DNA of 64,000 nt. Origin: Desulfobulbaceae bacterium BRH_c16a (GTDB taxonomy: Bacteria > Desulfobacterota > Desulfobulbia > Desulfobulbales > Desulfocapsaceae). The stretch covers positions 54,185 through 118,184 of the forward strand of contig LADS01000037.1 in assembly GCA_000961725.1 (NCBI GenBank), written 5' to 3'. Position 1 is the first letter of the stretch; each line of letters starts with the position of its first letter. The notes under the pieces are model-generated. The model was given only the letters and a program-made list of their open reading frames with translations, was not told where the DNA came from and made no database searches. Position numbers and translations under genes: made by a program. Below, in pieces: positions 19,357-28,368 of this stretch.

Positions 19357-20703
19357 TTACCCAGCCTTCCCCTGCCTTGCAGGCAAAGTAAAATAGAAGC
19401 TCGATCCCTCGCCAGGCTCAGACTCCACCCAGATGCGCCCCTGGTGCATCTCCACGATTTTTCTACAGATCGCCAGACCTACGCCGGTCCCGGCAAACTC
19501 TTCCCGTGAATGCAGGCGTTGAAAAATGATGAAGATACGATCTCGATACCGTGAATCGATGCCGATGCCATTGTCGTGTACACCGAAGAGCCACTCATCC
19601 CCCCTTCTCTCCGCCGAGATGTGGATCCGGGGCGGGACCGCTTTTTGCCTGAACTTGATCGCATTGCCGAGAAGGTTTTGCAGGACTTGTCCCAACTGGG
19701 TGCCGTCACCTTCCACTTCAGGCAGCCGATCATGGCTGATCTCGGCGTCGCTTTCCTCAATTGCCCTGTGAAAACTGTCCTTCACCTGCTTCAGGATTTC
19801 CTCGAGCGCCACCTGGCCGAACTCTCGCGCGCGAGTCCCGACCCGGGAATAGGCGACCAGATCGTAAATCAATCTTGACATCCGTTGCGCCCCCTCTACG
19901 GCAAAGGCAATGTATGTGTCGGCTTTCTCATCAAGTTTTCCTTTATAACGGGCAGCAAGGAGTTCCAGAAAGTTGGCCACCGTCCGCAAGGGTTCCTGAA
20001 GGTCGTGAGAAACGATAGAGACAAACTGCTGAAGCTCGATATTTGAGCGGTTGATTTCTTCAACCGTCAGTTTCAGCCGCTTTTCGCTCTCCTTCAGCGC
20101 CTTTTCCGAGTTCTTCAACTCATTGAAAAGAAGAGAGTTTTCCAGAGCGAGGGCGAGCGAAGACGCGAGCTTCCCGGCAAAATCGACGTGAGCTTCGGTG
20201 AAGGATGTCGCTTTTGAATGGTAATGAAATACCACATCGCCAAGTATTTTCTCTTTGGCGCTGAGTGGAAAATCAAGCAGGGATTTAATGTTCAGGGAAT
20301 CGACAAACCGTCGGTCGACCCGGTCATCGGATTGAACATCGTCTATGGCGACCGGCCGGTTTTTTTCGATGGCAATGACCGAATGTCTGACCATTTCACT
20401 GTCGTATTTCCTGCCTGTCAGCTCGGCGGGGAGTCGGTAGACATATTTAACCTCCCATATATCTCCCTCGCTTCGGAAAAAGACCATCGCACTCTCCGCC
20501 TCGATTGCCTCCGTACCTTTGGCAATAACCCCGTTGATGATCCGATCCATATCGAGGGTGGAGTGAATGAGCAGATGTATCTCGCCAAGGGAATCGCTCA
20601 GCTTTTTCCATTCCCTCAGTTCCGCCTCCGACCGCCTGAGTTTTTCATAAAGCGCGGCATTGCCCAAGGCAAGGGACCCGTTTCGATCAAGAGACTTTTC
20701 CAT
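19357..20703 (-). CDS. GAF sensor histidine kinase (phytochrome-like HK subfamily)
   Basis: GAF; SHDLQEPLR H-box; QNLLGNAIKF, DNGIGID, GTGVGLAIC, GSSFYF. Confidence 0.93.
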   Translation of the reverse strand: MEKSLDRNGSLALGNAALYEKLRRSEAELREWKKLSDSLGEIHLLIHSTLDMDRIINGVIAKGTEAIEAESAMVFFRSEGDIWEVKYVYRLPAELTGRKYDSEMVRHSVIAIEKNRPVAIDDVQSDDRVDRRFVDSLNIKSLLDFPLSAKEKILGDVVFHYHSKATSFTEAHVDFAGKLASSLALALENSLLFNELKNSEKALKESEKRLKLTVEEINRSNIELQQFVSIVSHDLQEPLRTVANFLELLAARYKGKLDEKADTYIAFAVEGAQRMSRLIYDLVAYSRVGTRAREFGQVALEEILKQVKDSFHRAIEESDAEISHDRLPEVEGDGTQLGQVLQNLLGNAIKFRQKAVPPRIHISAERRGDEWLFGVHDNGIGIDSRYRDRIFIIFQRLHSREEFAGTGVGLAICRKIVEMHQGRIWVESEPGEGSSFYFTLPARQGKAG

Positions 20704-20717
20704 TGGACCTCCTCACT

Positions 20718-22796
20718 CTAACTCAATGTTCCTGCAGTAATCAATTCTGCCAATTCGCGCGCAGGCAGAGGTCTGCTGAAGTAGTACCCTTGGGCCTCAT
20801 CGCACTGAGTCTTTTGCAAAAACGATAACTGGTCCTCATTCTCGACTCCCATCGCCGTGACTTTCAGGTCCATATGGTGAGCCATCGAAGTAACTGCTTT
20901 GATTATCGCCCTGCAACCAGGATCGGTGGCTATGTCCCGAATGAACGATTTGTCGATTTTGAGCTTTTCAAAAGGCAGCCGGTTCAAGCAATCCAAGGAT
21001 GAAAAACCGGTACCGAAACTATCAAGCGAGATATGTACGCCAAGTTTTGCCAGCTCAATCAGCCGGGCCGCAGTGCGCTTTGTATTACTCATGGCTATCC
21101 CTTCTTTAATCTCGATGCTCAACCAATTTGCCGGGACGCCGGGCTCACTCAATATGTGCGCCAACTTGTTGGTGAGATCGGCGCTCTGAAACTGCCGTGC
21201 CGAGAGATTGACTGTAAAGCAGATGGGCGGCAACCCACTCTTCAGCCACGTTCCGAGCTGGGTGCAGACGTTTTTCAAGGCCCATTCATCAATAACGGCT
21301 ATAAACCCGGTTTCCTCGGCTACATTCATGAACCGGTTCGATTCGAGCAGTCCCATTTCCGGGTGGTTCCACCTGACAAGCGCCTCGACGCAGACGATTT
21401 TTCCTGTATCGATGTCGATCTGCGGCTGATAGTGCATGACCAGCTCTCCAAGCTCAATCGACCGGCGCAGCCTGCTTTCCATTTTCATCCGTTCAAGCGA
21501 GCGGACATTTACCTCGGGATTACAGAAATGGAAGGTATTCCGACCCATCTCCTTGACGTGGTACATGGCTCTGTCGGCACAACGGAAAAGGTCCTCAACC
21601 TTTTCGCCGTCGTCGGGATAGATGCCGATGCCGATGCTGGCGGTTGTATGGAATTCATGCCCGGCTATCATAAAACTCTTTTCAAACGAGTCCCTGATCT
21701 TTTGGGCAACGGTGGTGATGTCCTCGGAATGAACAATATTGGCAAGGATGATGTTGAACTCGTCGCCTCCGACACGGGCAACTGTGTCCGATTCCCTGAT
21801 GCTCAACTTCAGTCGTTTGGCAACTTCCACCAGCAGTTTATCCCCCGCCTCATGCCCCAGGGTATCGTTGACCTCTTTAAATCTGTCGAGGTCCATATAG
21901 AGGATCGCCAGCTTGTTCCGGTGCCTGCGGGCTTCCGCCACTCCAAGGTTGACGATGTCCATGAAGAGACGACGATTGGGAAGACCCGTGAGGGCGTCAT
22001 GGTAAGCCATGCGTTTGATTTTCTCTTCCATCCGCTTCTGCTCGGTGATGTCGTTAAAGAGAACTGCGACCCGTCGCTGGTCCGGGAGGCCGACACGGAA
22101 GGCATACAGGGTGAAGCATCGGCCGCCCAGGGCCTTGCCGCAGTGCTGAAAACGTATCGGCCTGCCGGTAAGCGCGACATCCCGATAAATCTCATACCAG
22201 GATTCTTCATGGTCCGGGCGAAGCTCCCGCATCCACTTCCCTTCGACGTCTTTCAGGGTTGACTGCTTTTCGAATGCCTGATTGACTTCAATGAATCGAT
22301 AATCAAGAGGCCGGCCCGGTTCAAGGCGCATCTCGATTACGCAATAGCCCTCGTCGATCGAGTCGAACAGCGATCGATACCGCTCCTCTCTCTCACGCAA
22401 TGCCTCCGTAGCTCGCTTCCTTTCAATGGCATAACGTATAGAGCGCACCACCTGATCTCTGGAGATCTGCCCCTTTATCACGTAGTCCTGAATATCCATC
22501 TGCAACGACTTGACGGCGAGTTCTTCGTCGGCGAGTCCGGTAAGAATGATTATCGGCATTGCCGGGAATTGTCTGCGCAGATGCATCGCGGTACTTAACC
22601 CCTGGCTGTCGGGAAGATCGAGATCGAGCAGGACAAGATCGAAATGCTCTTGACCGAGCAGCACAAGTCCTTCGAAAAGCAGCCGGGCATTCCCAAGAGC
22701 AAATACATGCCCGGCGACTCCTGAGAGCAGCTCTTTCAAATAAGCGACATCTGGAGGATTGTCCTCGATCAGAAGAACCTTTGTGCTCGTATCCAT
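20718..22796 (-). CDS. REC-PAS-GGDEF-EAL protein (EAL degenerate)
   Basis: LLIEDN...LLDLDLPD receiver; HDALTGLPNR, RESD I-site, GGDEF; EAL domain with EIKEG, LDSFGTG, MGVE substitutions. Confidence 0.93.
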   Translation of the reverse strand: MDTSTKVLLIEDNPPDVAYLKELLSGVAGHVFALGNARLLFEGLVLLGQEHFDLVLLDLDLPDSQGLSTAMHLRRQFPAMPIIILTGLADEELAVKSLQMDIQDYVIKGQISRDQVVRSIRYAIERKRATEALREREERYRSLFDSIDEGYCVIEMRLEPGRPLDYRFIEVNQAFEKQSTLKDVEGKWMRELRPDHEESWYEIYRDVALTGRPIRFQHCGKALGGRCFTLYAFRVGLPDQRRVAVLFNDITEQKRMEEKIKRMAYHDALTGLPNRRLFMDIVNLGVAEARRHRNKLAILYMDLDRFKEVNDTLGHEAGDKLLVEVAKRLKLSIRESDTVARVGGDEFNIILANIVHSEDITTVAQKIRDSFEKSFMIAGHEFHTTASIGIGIYPDDGEKVEDLFRCADRAMYHVKEMGRNTFHFCNPEVNVRSLERMKMESRLRRSIELGELVMHYQPQIDIDTGKIVCVEALVRWNHPEMGLLESNRFMNVAEETGFIAVIDEWALKNVCTQLGTWLKSGLPPICFTVNLSARQFQSADLTNKLAHILSEPGVPANWLSIEIKEGIAMSNTKRTAARLIELAKLGVHISLDSFGTGFSSLDCLNRLPFEKLKIDKSFIRDIATDPGCRAIIKAVTSMAHHMDLKVTAMGVENEDQLSFLQKTQCDEAQGYYFSRPLPARELAELITAGTLS

Positions 22797-22934
22797 GGTC
22801 TGTCCTCAGCTGCAACCTCCCCCGATTACCCTAGACCGGATTTACTCTCGGAGAGGAGGCTACTTTGTGTGTCACCTCATTACTATGTGCTCCTCTTTCC
22901 TTCAATGCAACCCTCCTCGGGTTGTGAAAAATGA

Positions 22935-22979
22935 AAAAGCAAAACAAACTTCAACTGCGCTGAAGTTTGTTTTGCTTTT
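22935..22979. terminator. Strong intrinsic terminator after the SPFH pair
   Basis: Perfect inverted repeat aaaagcaaaacaaacttca / tgaagtttgttttgctttt. Confidence 0.85.
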
Positions 22980-23004
22980 CTGTCGGGAGTTTTCTCTTCC
23001 CGGG

Positions 23005-24702
23005 TTATTTCTTCTGCAACTGTTCGGCTCCACCGAGTTCGGCAAAACCGGTCTTTTCCAAATCGGTCCAGAGGGTCCCTTGGCCGGCGTGGATGATGTT
23101 CAGTTTCATTGCCGGGTTGAGAGTGTCGGCGAACCGCCACTGTGCATAGGCAACAGGGTCGTTGAAAACCGTCGTTTTCAACATGAGTCCGTTCGCCTTT
23201 TCCCCGTCCACTTTTTGCAGCGCCGAGGCCTCCGCCTGACCAAGGACGCGAACCTTGTCGGCGGAAATAGCTGCCGTCAATTTTTTGATCTCCGCCGCTT
23301 TTTTCAGGGTTTCGGCCCGAATCTCGGCGACCTGTTTGCCGAGGTCGGCCGCGATCTCGGCTTTCAGTTTCTCGGTCTCCTGCAGCACCTGCTCGCCGCG
23401 CTGCTGGATAAGCGACAGTTCGGTATTGAGTTCTGCCTGCTTGCGCGCGGTATTCTGCCGCTCCTTGTTGGTCAGATCCTGTTCGACGGCAATGCTCGAC
23501 TGCTGGATCGGCGCACGGATTTCGTCGGGCACCTCAACGTGGCGGATGAGTGCGTTGTAGATCTTTATCCCTTTGGCGCCAAGCGTCTGCTCAAGTGAAA
23601 CGGTGATGTCGTTCTGGAATTTTTCCCGGCCTTCGCCGACAATGAAATCCTTGGCCCGGTATTCGGAACCCTTGTTGCGCGAGATCGAGGTGATCTGCGG
23701 CATGATGATCTTGTCGACTACTGCCGGAAGATCGCCGTAACGCCGAAAGATGCCGGCTATGCTGTCGGGCGAGAGCTCGAACTCGACCGTCATGTCGAGA
23801 CTGATCTGAAAGCCGTCGCGCGACGGAAAACTGACCAGTTCGATCAGGTTCATTTCCCCTTCCTGGAGGGGCGCCGGGGCCATTTCCGCGAGCGGCCTGC
23901 CGGCGTCGAAGTCGACCTGCCTGCCGGTCTTGAATTTCTGATCCTGAACGGATGAAGACCTTTTGCTGAAATAATCCTGGCGTTTAGCCTCCTGTTTCTC
24001 GAGAACGGCCGACTGCAGGACATTCAGCGCCTCATTGGTCCCGAGCTGGCGGGCCTTGGTAACAACCTTGCCGCCGCTGCGGCCCAGCAATGAGACCTGG
24101 TTGATACCGATTTCGAGGACGTCGACCTTATACTCCTTCGGATTGACATAGTAGAGGCCGGGCTGCAGCACATCCTGCCGGACCCCCTTCTGCTTCTCGC
24201 CGGCAAATTGTCCACTTGGGGCCTGCTCGCCGGAGAGTGAGGTAATCACTCCGGCATACCCGATGGGAATGCTGATGGCATCGACAATCTCAATGTTATA
24301 GCCGTAGGGATTCATCCGGTATTTCCCCGGCCCAAGAACACCGCGCCAGATCCCTTTCTGACCGCGCTCGGCGATAAATTCTCCCTCTTCAAGTTTTTCA
24401 CCGATCTTGGACGTGATGACGGCGACCTTGCCGGGTTCGACCAGGATCACATCGACGATCTCCCATTCGTAGAAAACCGGATTAAGGAAGTGGCGGCCTT
24501 CGCCGAGGGGCTCCTCCCGAATACCTTTCTGATCTTCTCGGGCGAGAATTTGCCCAGGTTCCAGTGGATTACCGTTTTTTGCGGTAATAATCGCCATTTC
24601 GCCGGGGCCGACATAGAACCGGCAGAAGCCCCACAGCCAGACAAACTCTGCACATGCCAATACGACAAGGGCAGCAAGGCCAATCTTTATGTTTCTTTTC
24701 AT
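23005..24702 (-). CDS. SPFH/Band 7 family membrane protein with extended N-terminal repeats
   Basis: N-terminal TM; repeated LxPG-x-Y/H-x-xNP units; SFPSRDGFQISLDMTVEF; Ala/Glu coiled coil. Confidence 0.85.
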   Translation of the reverse strand: MKRNIKIGLAALVVLACAEFVWLWGFCRFYVGPGEMAIITAKNGNPLEPGQILAREDQKGIREEPLGEGRHFLNPVFYEWEIVDVILVEPGKVAVITSKIGEKLEEGEFIAERGQKGIWRGVLGPGKYRMNPYGYNIEIVDAISIPIGYAGVITSLSGEQAPSGQFAGEKQKGVRQDVLQPGLYYVNPKEYKVDVLEIGINQVSLLGRSGGKVVTKARQLGTNEALNVLQSAVLEKQEAKRQDYFSKRSSSVQDQKFKTGRQVDFDAGRPLAEMAPAPLQEGEMNLIELVSFPSRDGFQISLDMTVEFELSPDSIAGIFRRYGDLPAVVDKIIMPQITSISRNKGSEYRAKDFIVGEGREKFQNDITVSLEQTLGAKGIKIYNALIRHVEVPDEIRAPIQQSSIAVEQDLTNKERQNTARKQAELNTELSLIQQRGEQVLQETEKLKAEIAADLGKQVAEIRAETLKKAAEIKKLTAAISADKVRVLGQAEASALQKVDGEKANGLMLKTTVFNDPVAYAQWRFADTLNPAMKLNIIHAGQGTLWTDLEKTGFAELGGAEQLQKK

Positions 24703-26231
24703 TTCGTCCCCCCTTTCGCCGGCGCGAAGGTATCGAAAATTTTACCCAGCCCCTCGGCGGAATCGCTGCTGAGCACCGACAGCACCTGTGGCCCGACCTT
24801 TTCATAGAGGGTATAGCGGGCAAAATTGCCGCCGCCGCCAAAAGCGGTTACACGGTTTTTCAGGACGAAAGCCTCAGCTTCATTCTGCGCCTTGATCGCA
24901 TCCTTTTCGCCGTCGGCAGTGAGCAGAATGGCTTCAGCCTGGGAGATGGCGGCTTCATATTCCAATTTGGCGACTTCGAGCTCCTTCTGCGCGGCAATCA
25001 GCCTGACGCTCTGGTCCTGCTGGGCATCGATCACGGCGCGGATGCGTTTGGTATCGGCTTCGACCTTTTCTTTGTTCTGTATGGCAAGCATTTCCTGCTT
25101 GGTCAGTTCCGCCTTTGATTTCGCCTGGATGATCTGCTGCTCGTATTTGGCGGCGTCCTGAACCGCCAGTTCGCGGTCACGGTTGATGCTGGCGATCTCG
25201 TCCGGCACGATAATCTTGCGGACCAGCACCGATTTGATATCGACGCCCCAGCCTTTCGACTTGGCGCGCAGGTGGGTTTCCAGATCGCTCTGGAATTTTT
25301 GCCGGGTCTCGCCTACAATAAAATTGACGGCCGGATGTTTACTGCCTTCGATACGGCTGAAGCCTCGAGCCCTCGGCAGGATCAGTTTTTTGATGATGTC
25401 GTCCATATCGCCGACCCGGTGCGTGAGAAAGGCGGCCTCATCGCGCTCAATGCCGAACTCAATGGTTCCTTCCACCGTAACGGCGAACCCATCCAGCGTC
25501 AGGAAGTTGATGACATCCTTGCCGGACATCTCGAAGCGCTGACTCTGGGTATTCACCTCGACGATATTGTACATATAGGGATTGAGGTAGTGTGTGCCGG
25601 AATCGAGAAGGCGGCTGGACACGCCTTTCAGGCCATCCTGTACCATAAAGGTGTTTTTTTCTTCCCCTAAGAGCGCGTTGTTAAAGACATCCTTGCCGGT
25701 CAAGGACGTTATCACCCCGACATGACCGGGATTGATGTTGATCGCATCGAACAGGGCAACATGGTAGGCATAGGGGTTGATACGATATTTGCCCGGCCGG
25801 AGGATTTCCTGCATAATGCCGCGCTGGCTGTCTTCGGCGATGATCTTGCCGGGAGGCAGCTCCTCGCCGTAGAGACGGGTCATCACCCCAAGCTTTCCGG
25901 CGGGAACATCAAGAATCCGGCGGATTTTCCAACTCCAGGTATAGGGATTCTTAAAGTAGCGGCCTTCGGCAAGCACCTCCAGCTGGATGCCTTTCATTCC
26001 CTCAGCCTGCGCTATCACCTGACCCGATGGCAGATTTTCACCGGTCTTCCTGATCAGTACCGCGATCTCTCCCGCTTCCGGCTCGATCCGGCAAAAAAAC
26101 CAGATGAAGACGAATGCCGAGATCATTACGCCAAGGAAAAGTATCGGCCTGAGAGGAAGTTTCGGCAGCACCGGCAACCTCAACCTGAACCGCTTTTTTT
26201 TCGACGGCACCATTTCTTTTGTTTCAGTCAT
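24699..26231 (-). CDS. SPFH/Band 7 family membrane protein (paralog)
   Basis: Same architecture: EGRYFKNPY, PGKYRINPY, GTHYLNPY, FLTLDGFAVTVEGTIEF; 4-nt overlap with partner. Confidence 0.85.
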   Translation of the reverse strand: MTETKEMVPSKKKRFRLRLPVLPKLPLRPILFLGVMISAFVFIWFFCRIEPEAGEIAVLIRKTGENLPSGQVIAQAEGMKGIQLEVLAEGRYFKNPYTWSWKIRRILDVPAGKLGVMTRLYGEELPPGKIIAEDSQRGIMQEILRPGKYRINPYAYHVALFDAININPGHVGVITSLTGKDVFNNALLGEEKNTFMVQDGLKGVSSRLLDSGTHYLNPYMYNIVEVNTQSQRFEMSGKDVINFLTLDGFAVTVEGTIEFGIERDEAAFLTHRVGDMDDIIKKLILPRARGFSRIEGSKHPAVNFIVGETRQKFQSDLETHLRAKSKGWGVDIKSVLVRKIIVPDEIASINRDRELAVQDAAKYEQQIIQAKSKAELTKQEMLAIQNKEKVEADTKRIRAVIDAQQDQSVRLIAAQKELEVAKLEYEAAISQAEAILLTADGEKDAIKAQNEAEAFVLKNRVTAFGGGGNFARYTLYEKVGPQVLSVLSSDSAEGLGKIFDTFAPAKGGTK

Positions 26232-26763
26232 ACGAGCCCCTTTTCATAGTGAAAATGCACCAGCCTGCTTTCCGGAATGCTTCAGGCATACCTGTCACTC
26301 CGCAACATTCTCTCTGCAATTGATGAACATGCTTGTGTTCATTTAAAGAGATCACCTTCTACAATAATACCGAAAACGGTGCACCTCACTCAAGGTCCGA
26401 TCCGGATAAAACCAAAATATCGAAAGAAAGCGGAAATAAAATTTCACTCCTATTTCATTTCCACGGAAGAGCTGATCCGTACGAAATAAACCGATTAATC
26501 ACAGTAATATCATTGAAATCATATCAATAACATTATATGATCATTCTCATCATATTGGTTATTCCTATCCATCTCACGAAAATTAAACCCGGCGGCAAGG
26601 CTCCGGGGACACTGGATAAACCACTTTCAAGTGCGATATAATTCCAAAGGTCATTTGTGACCGTAGAAACACGAAGCGATCAGCTGACTTTCAATCCTTT
26701 TGGAGAGAAGTTCTCGGTAAAAAACGTATTCCCGCGACAAAGTTGGAGTTTTTGGAGAAAAAG

Positions 26764-27156
26764 ATGACTCAGGAGAATCGCACATCCACAGTCTCGGCAA
26801 ATATCAAGCGGAACAGACTTGATATTACATTACGTGGCGCCATCTCCAAAAAAGAAGTGGAGAGAATATATACGGATATCCGTTTCTGTACATCCGACCT
26901 TGAACCTGGTTTTGCCGTTATCACCGATCTCACGGAAGCTCAATTCGGTCATCTTTCAGCCATCGGCACATTCCGGAAAATCACGAAGTTTCTTGCTGAA
27001 AAACAAGTCGGGCCGGTCATCCGGGTCGTCGGTAGAGCCAATATCATCTTCCGGCAGATAGCCAAACTCTCCAGCGAGGCCGACTACAAACCAAAATATA
27101 CAAAAACAAGGGAAGAAGCTGAAATGCTGCTCGCCGAACTTGCAGAAAGACTATAA
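26764..27156 (+). CDS. Hypothetical protein, possibly STAS/SpoIIAA-like
   Basis: NRLDITLRG...GFAVITDLTE...TREEAEMLL pattern; ggag RBS. Confidence 0.6.
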   Translation: MTQENRTSTVSANIKRNRLDITLRGAISKKEVERIYTDIRFCTSDLEPGFAVITDLTEAQFGHLSAIGTFRKITKFLAEKQVGPVIRVVGRANIIFRQIAKLSSEADYKPKYTKTREEAEMLLAELAERL

Positions 27157-27236
27157 TCTTTCACCGGAACACATCCAAAGACTGCAGAACCCGGATCTAT
27201 TGCCGGTAACCGGTAAAGCGCAGAGAAGTTTTCTTT

Positions 27237-27839
27237 CTATTCGACCTTGACCTTTTTCCAGGTCTTTTCCTGACCGTGCAGTAATCTGGTAATGTTCTCG
27301 TGGTGTTTGCCCCAGATCAGCAAGGCTACTGCTGCCGCCACACCGATGGTTGTCTTCGATCCGCCCAGCAGGTAGAGCCACAAGGGCATAAGCGCGCACG
27401 TCACCAGGGAGCCAACGGAAACAAAGCCGGATACGGCGACGGAAACCACGAAAACCGCCAGACCGATGGCAATGGCCGGCGGCGACAGGTACAAAAAAAC
27501 ACCCAGGCCCGTTGCCACTCCTTTACCGCCTCGGAACTTCAGATAAACGGAAAACATGTGGCCGACCACTGCCAGGAGACCGGTAAGAGCAACGATCGAT
27601 TCTTTATTTGTCGCATCAGGCAGAAAATATGCCGCCAGCGCCATAGGCAGCAATCCTTTCAGACAATCGCAGACCAGGGTGAGAATACCGAGTTTCTTGC
27701 CGAGAACCCTGTTGACGTTGGTGGCGCCGATATTACGGCTGCCTTCTGTCCGAATATCGATGCCGGCCATCCTGCCGATCACCAGACCGAAAGGGATCGA
27801 GCCGACCAGGTAGCCGATTACTGGAAAAAGCATGTACAT
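27237..27839 (-). CDS. plsY: Glycerol-3-phosphate acyltransferase PlsY
   Basis: GYLVGSIPFG, GSRNIGATNVNR, GHMFSVYLKFRGGKGVAT, KHHENITRL. Confidence 0.96.
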   Translation of the reverse strand: MYMLFPVIGYLVGSIPFGLVIGRMAGIDIRTEGSRNIGATNVNRVLGKKLGILTLVCDCLKGLLPMALAAYFLPDATNKESIVALTGLLAVVGHMFSVYLKFRGGKGVATGLGVFLYLSPPAIAIGLAVFVVSVAVSGFVSVGSLVTCALMPLWLYLLGGSKTTIGVAAAVALLIWGKHHENITRLLHGQEKTWKKVKVE

Positions 27840-27842
27840 GGG

Positions 27843-28343
27843 CTAATCTTCCTTGTGCCTGTGTTTATTGAATTTTCTTCGCAACTGGTCGGAAATTTCC
27901 CTGTCACGGTACGACACAATGGTTACAGGACACCTGCTGAACATGCGTTCTGCTACGGAACCGGTAAAAAGATAACTGAAATCACGGTTCCTCACTCCCA
28001 TTACCACCATGTCTATACCCTTGTCGATAACCAGTTCTATTAATTCATTGGTTGGATCACCGATGCAGAAGAGATAGCTGACCCGGTCATCCGGCAGTGT
28101 CAACTGGTCCATGAGACGTTGCAGCTCTTCCCTCCGCTCGTTCTTGATGGTCTCGACATAGTGCTCGATATCCACTTTGTAGCCATGGGAGGTGATTTTA
28201 TCGACAGCGGCAAGATCGCGTTCATTGATCACATTGGCGACAATCATTTCCGCCCCGGTGGCTGCGGCGATATCCGCCGCATATTTCAATATTCCCTGGG
28301 AATATTTTGAAAACGCGATCGGCACAAGTATTTTTTTTACCAT
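27843..28343 (-). CDS. Universal stress protein
   Basis: KKILVPIAFS, GDP, DMVVMG, GSVAERMFSRCPVTI. Confidence 0.9.
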   Translation of the reverse strand: MVKKILVPIAFSKYSQGILKYAADIAAATGAEMIVANVINERDLAAVDKITSHGYKVDIEHYVETIKNERREELQRLMDQLTLPDDRVSYLFCIGDPTNELIELVIDKGIDMVVMGVRNRDFSYLFTGSVAERMFSRCPVTIVSYRDREISDQLRRKFNKHRHKED

Positions 28344-28368
28344 CAACTTCCCTCCCCGGGCACCTAAG

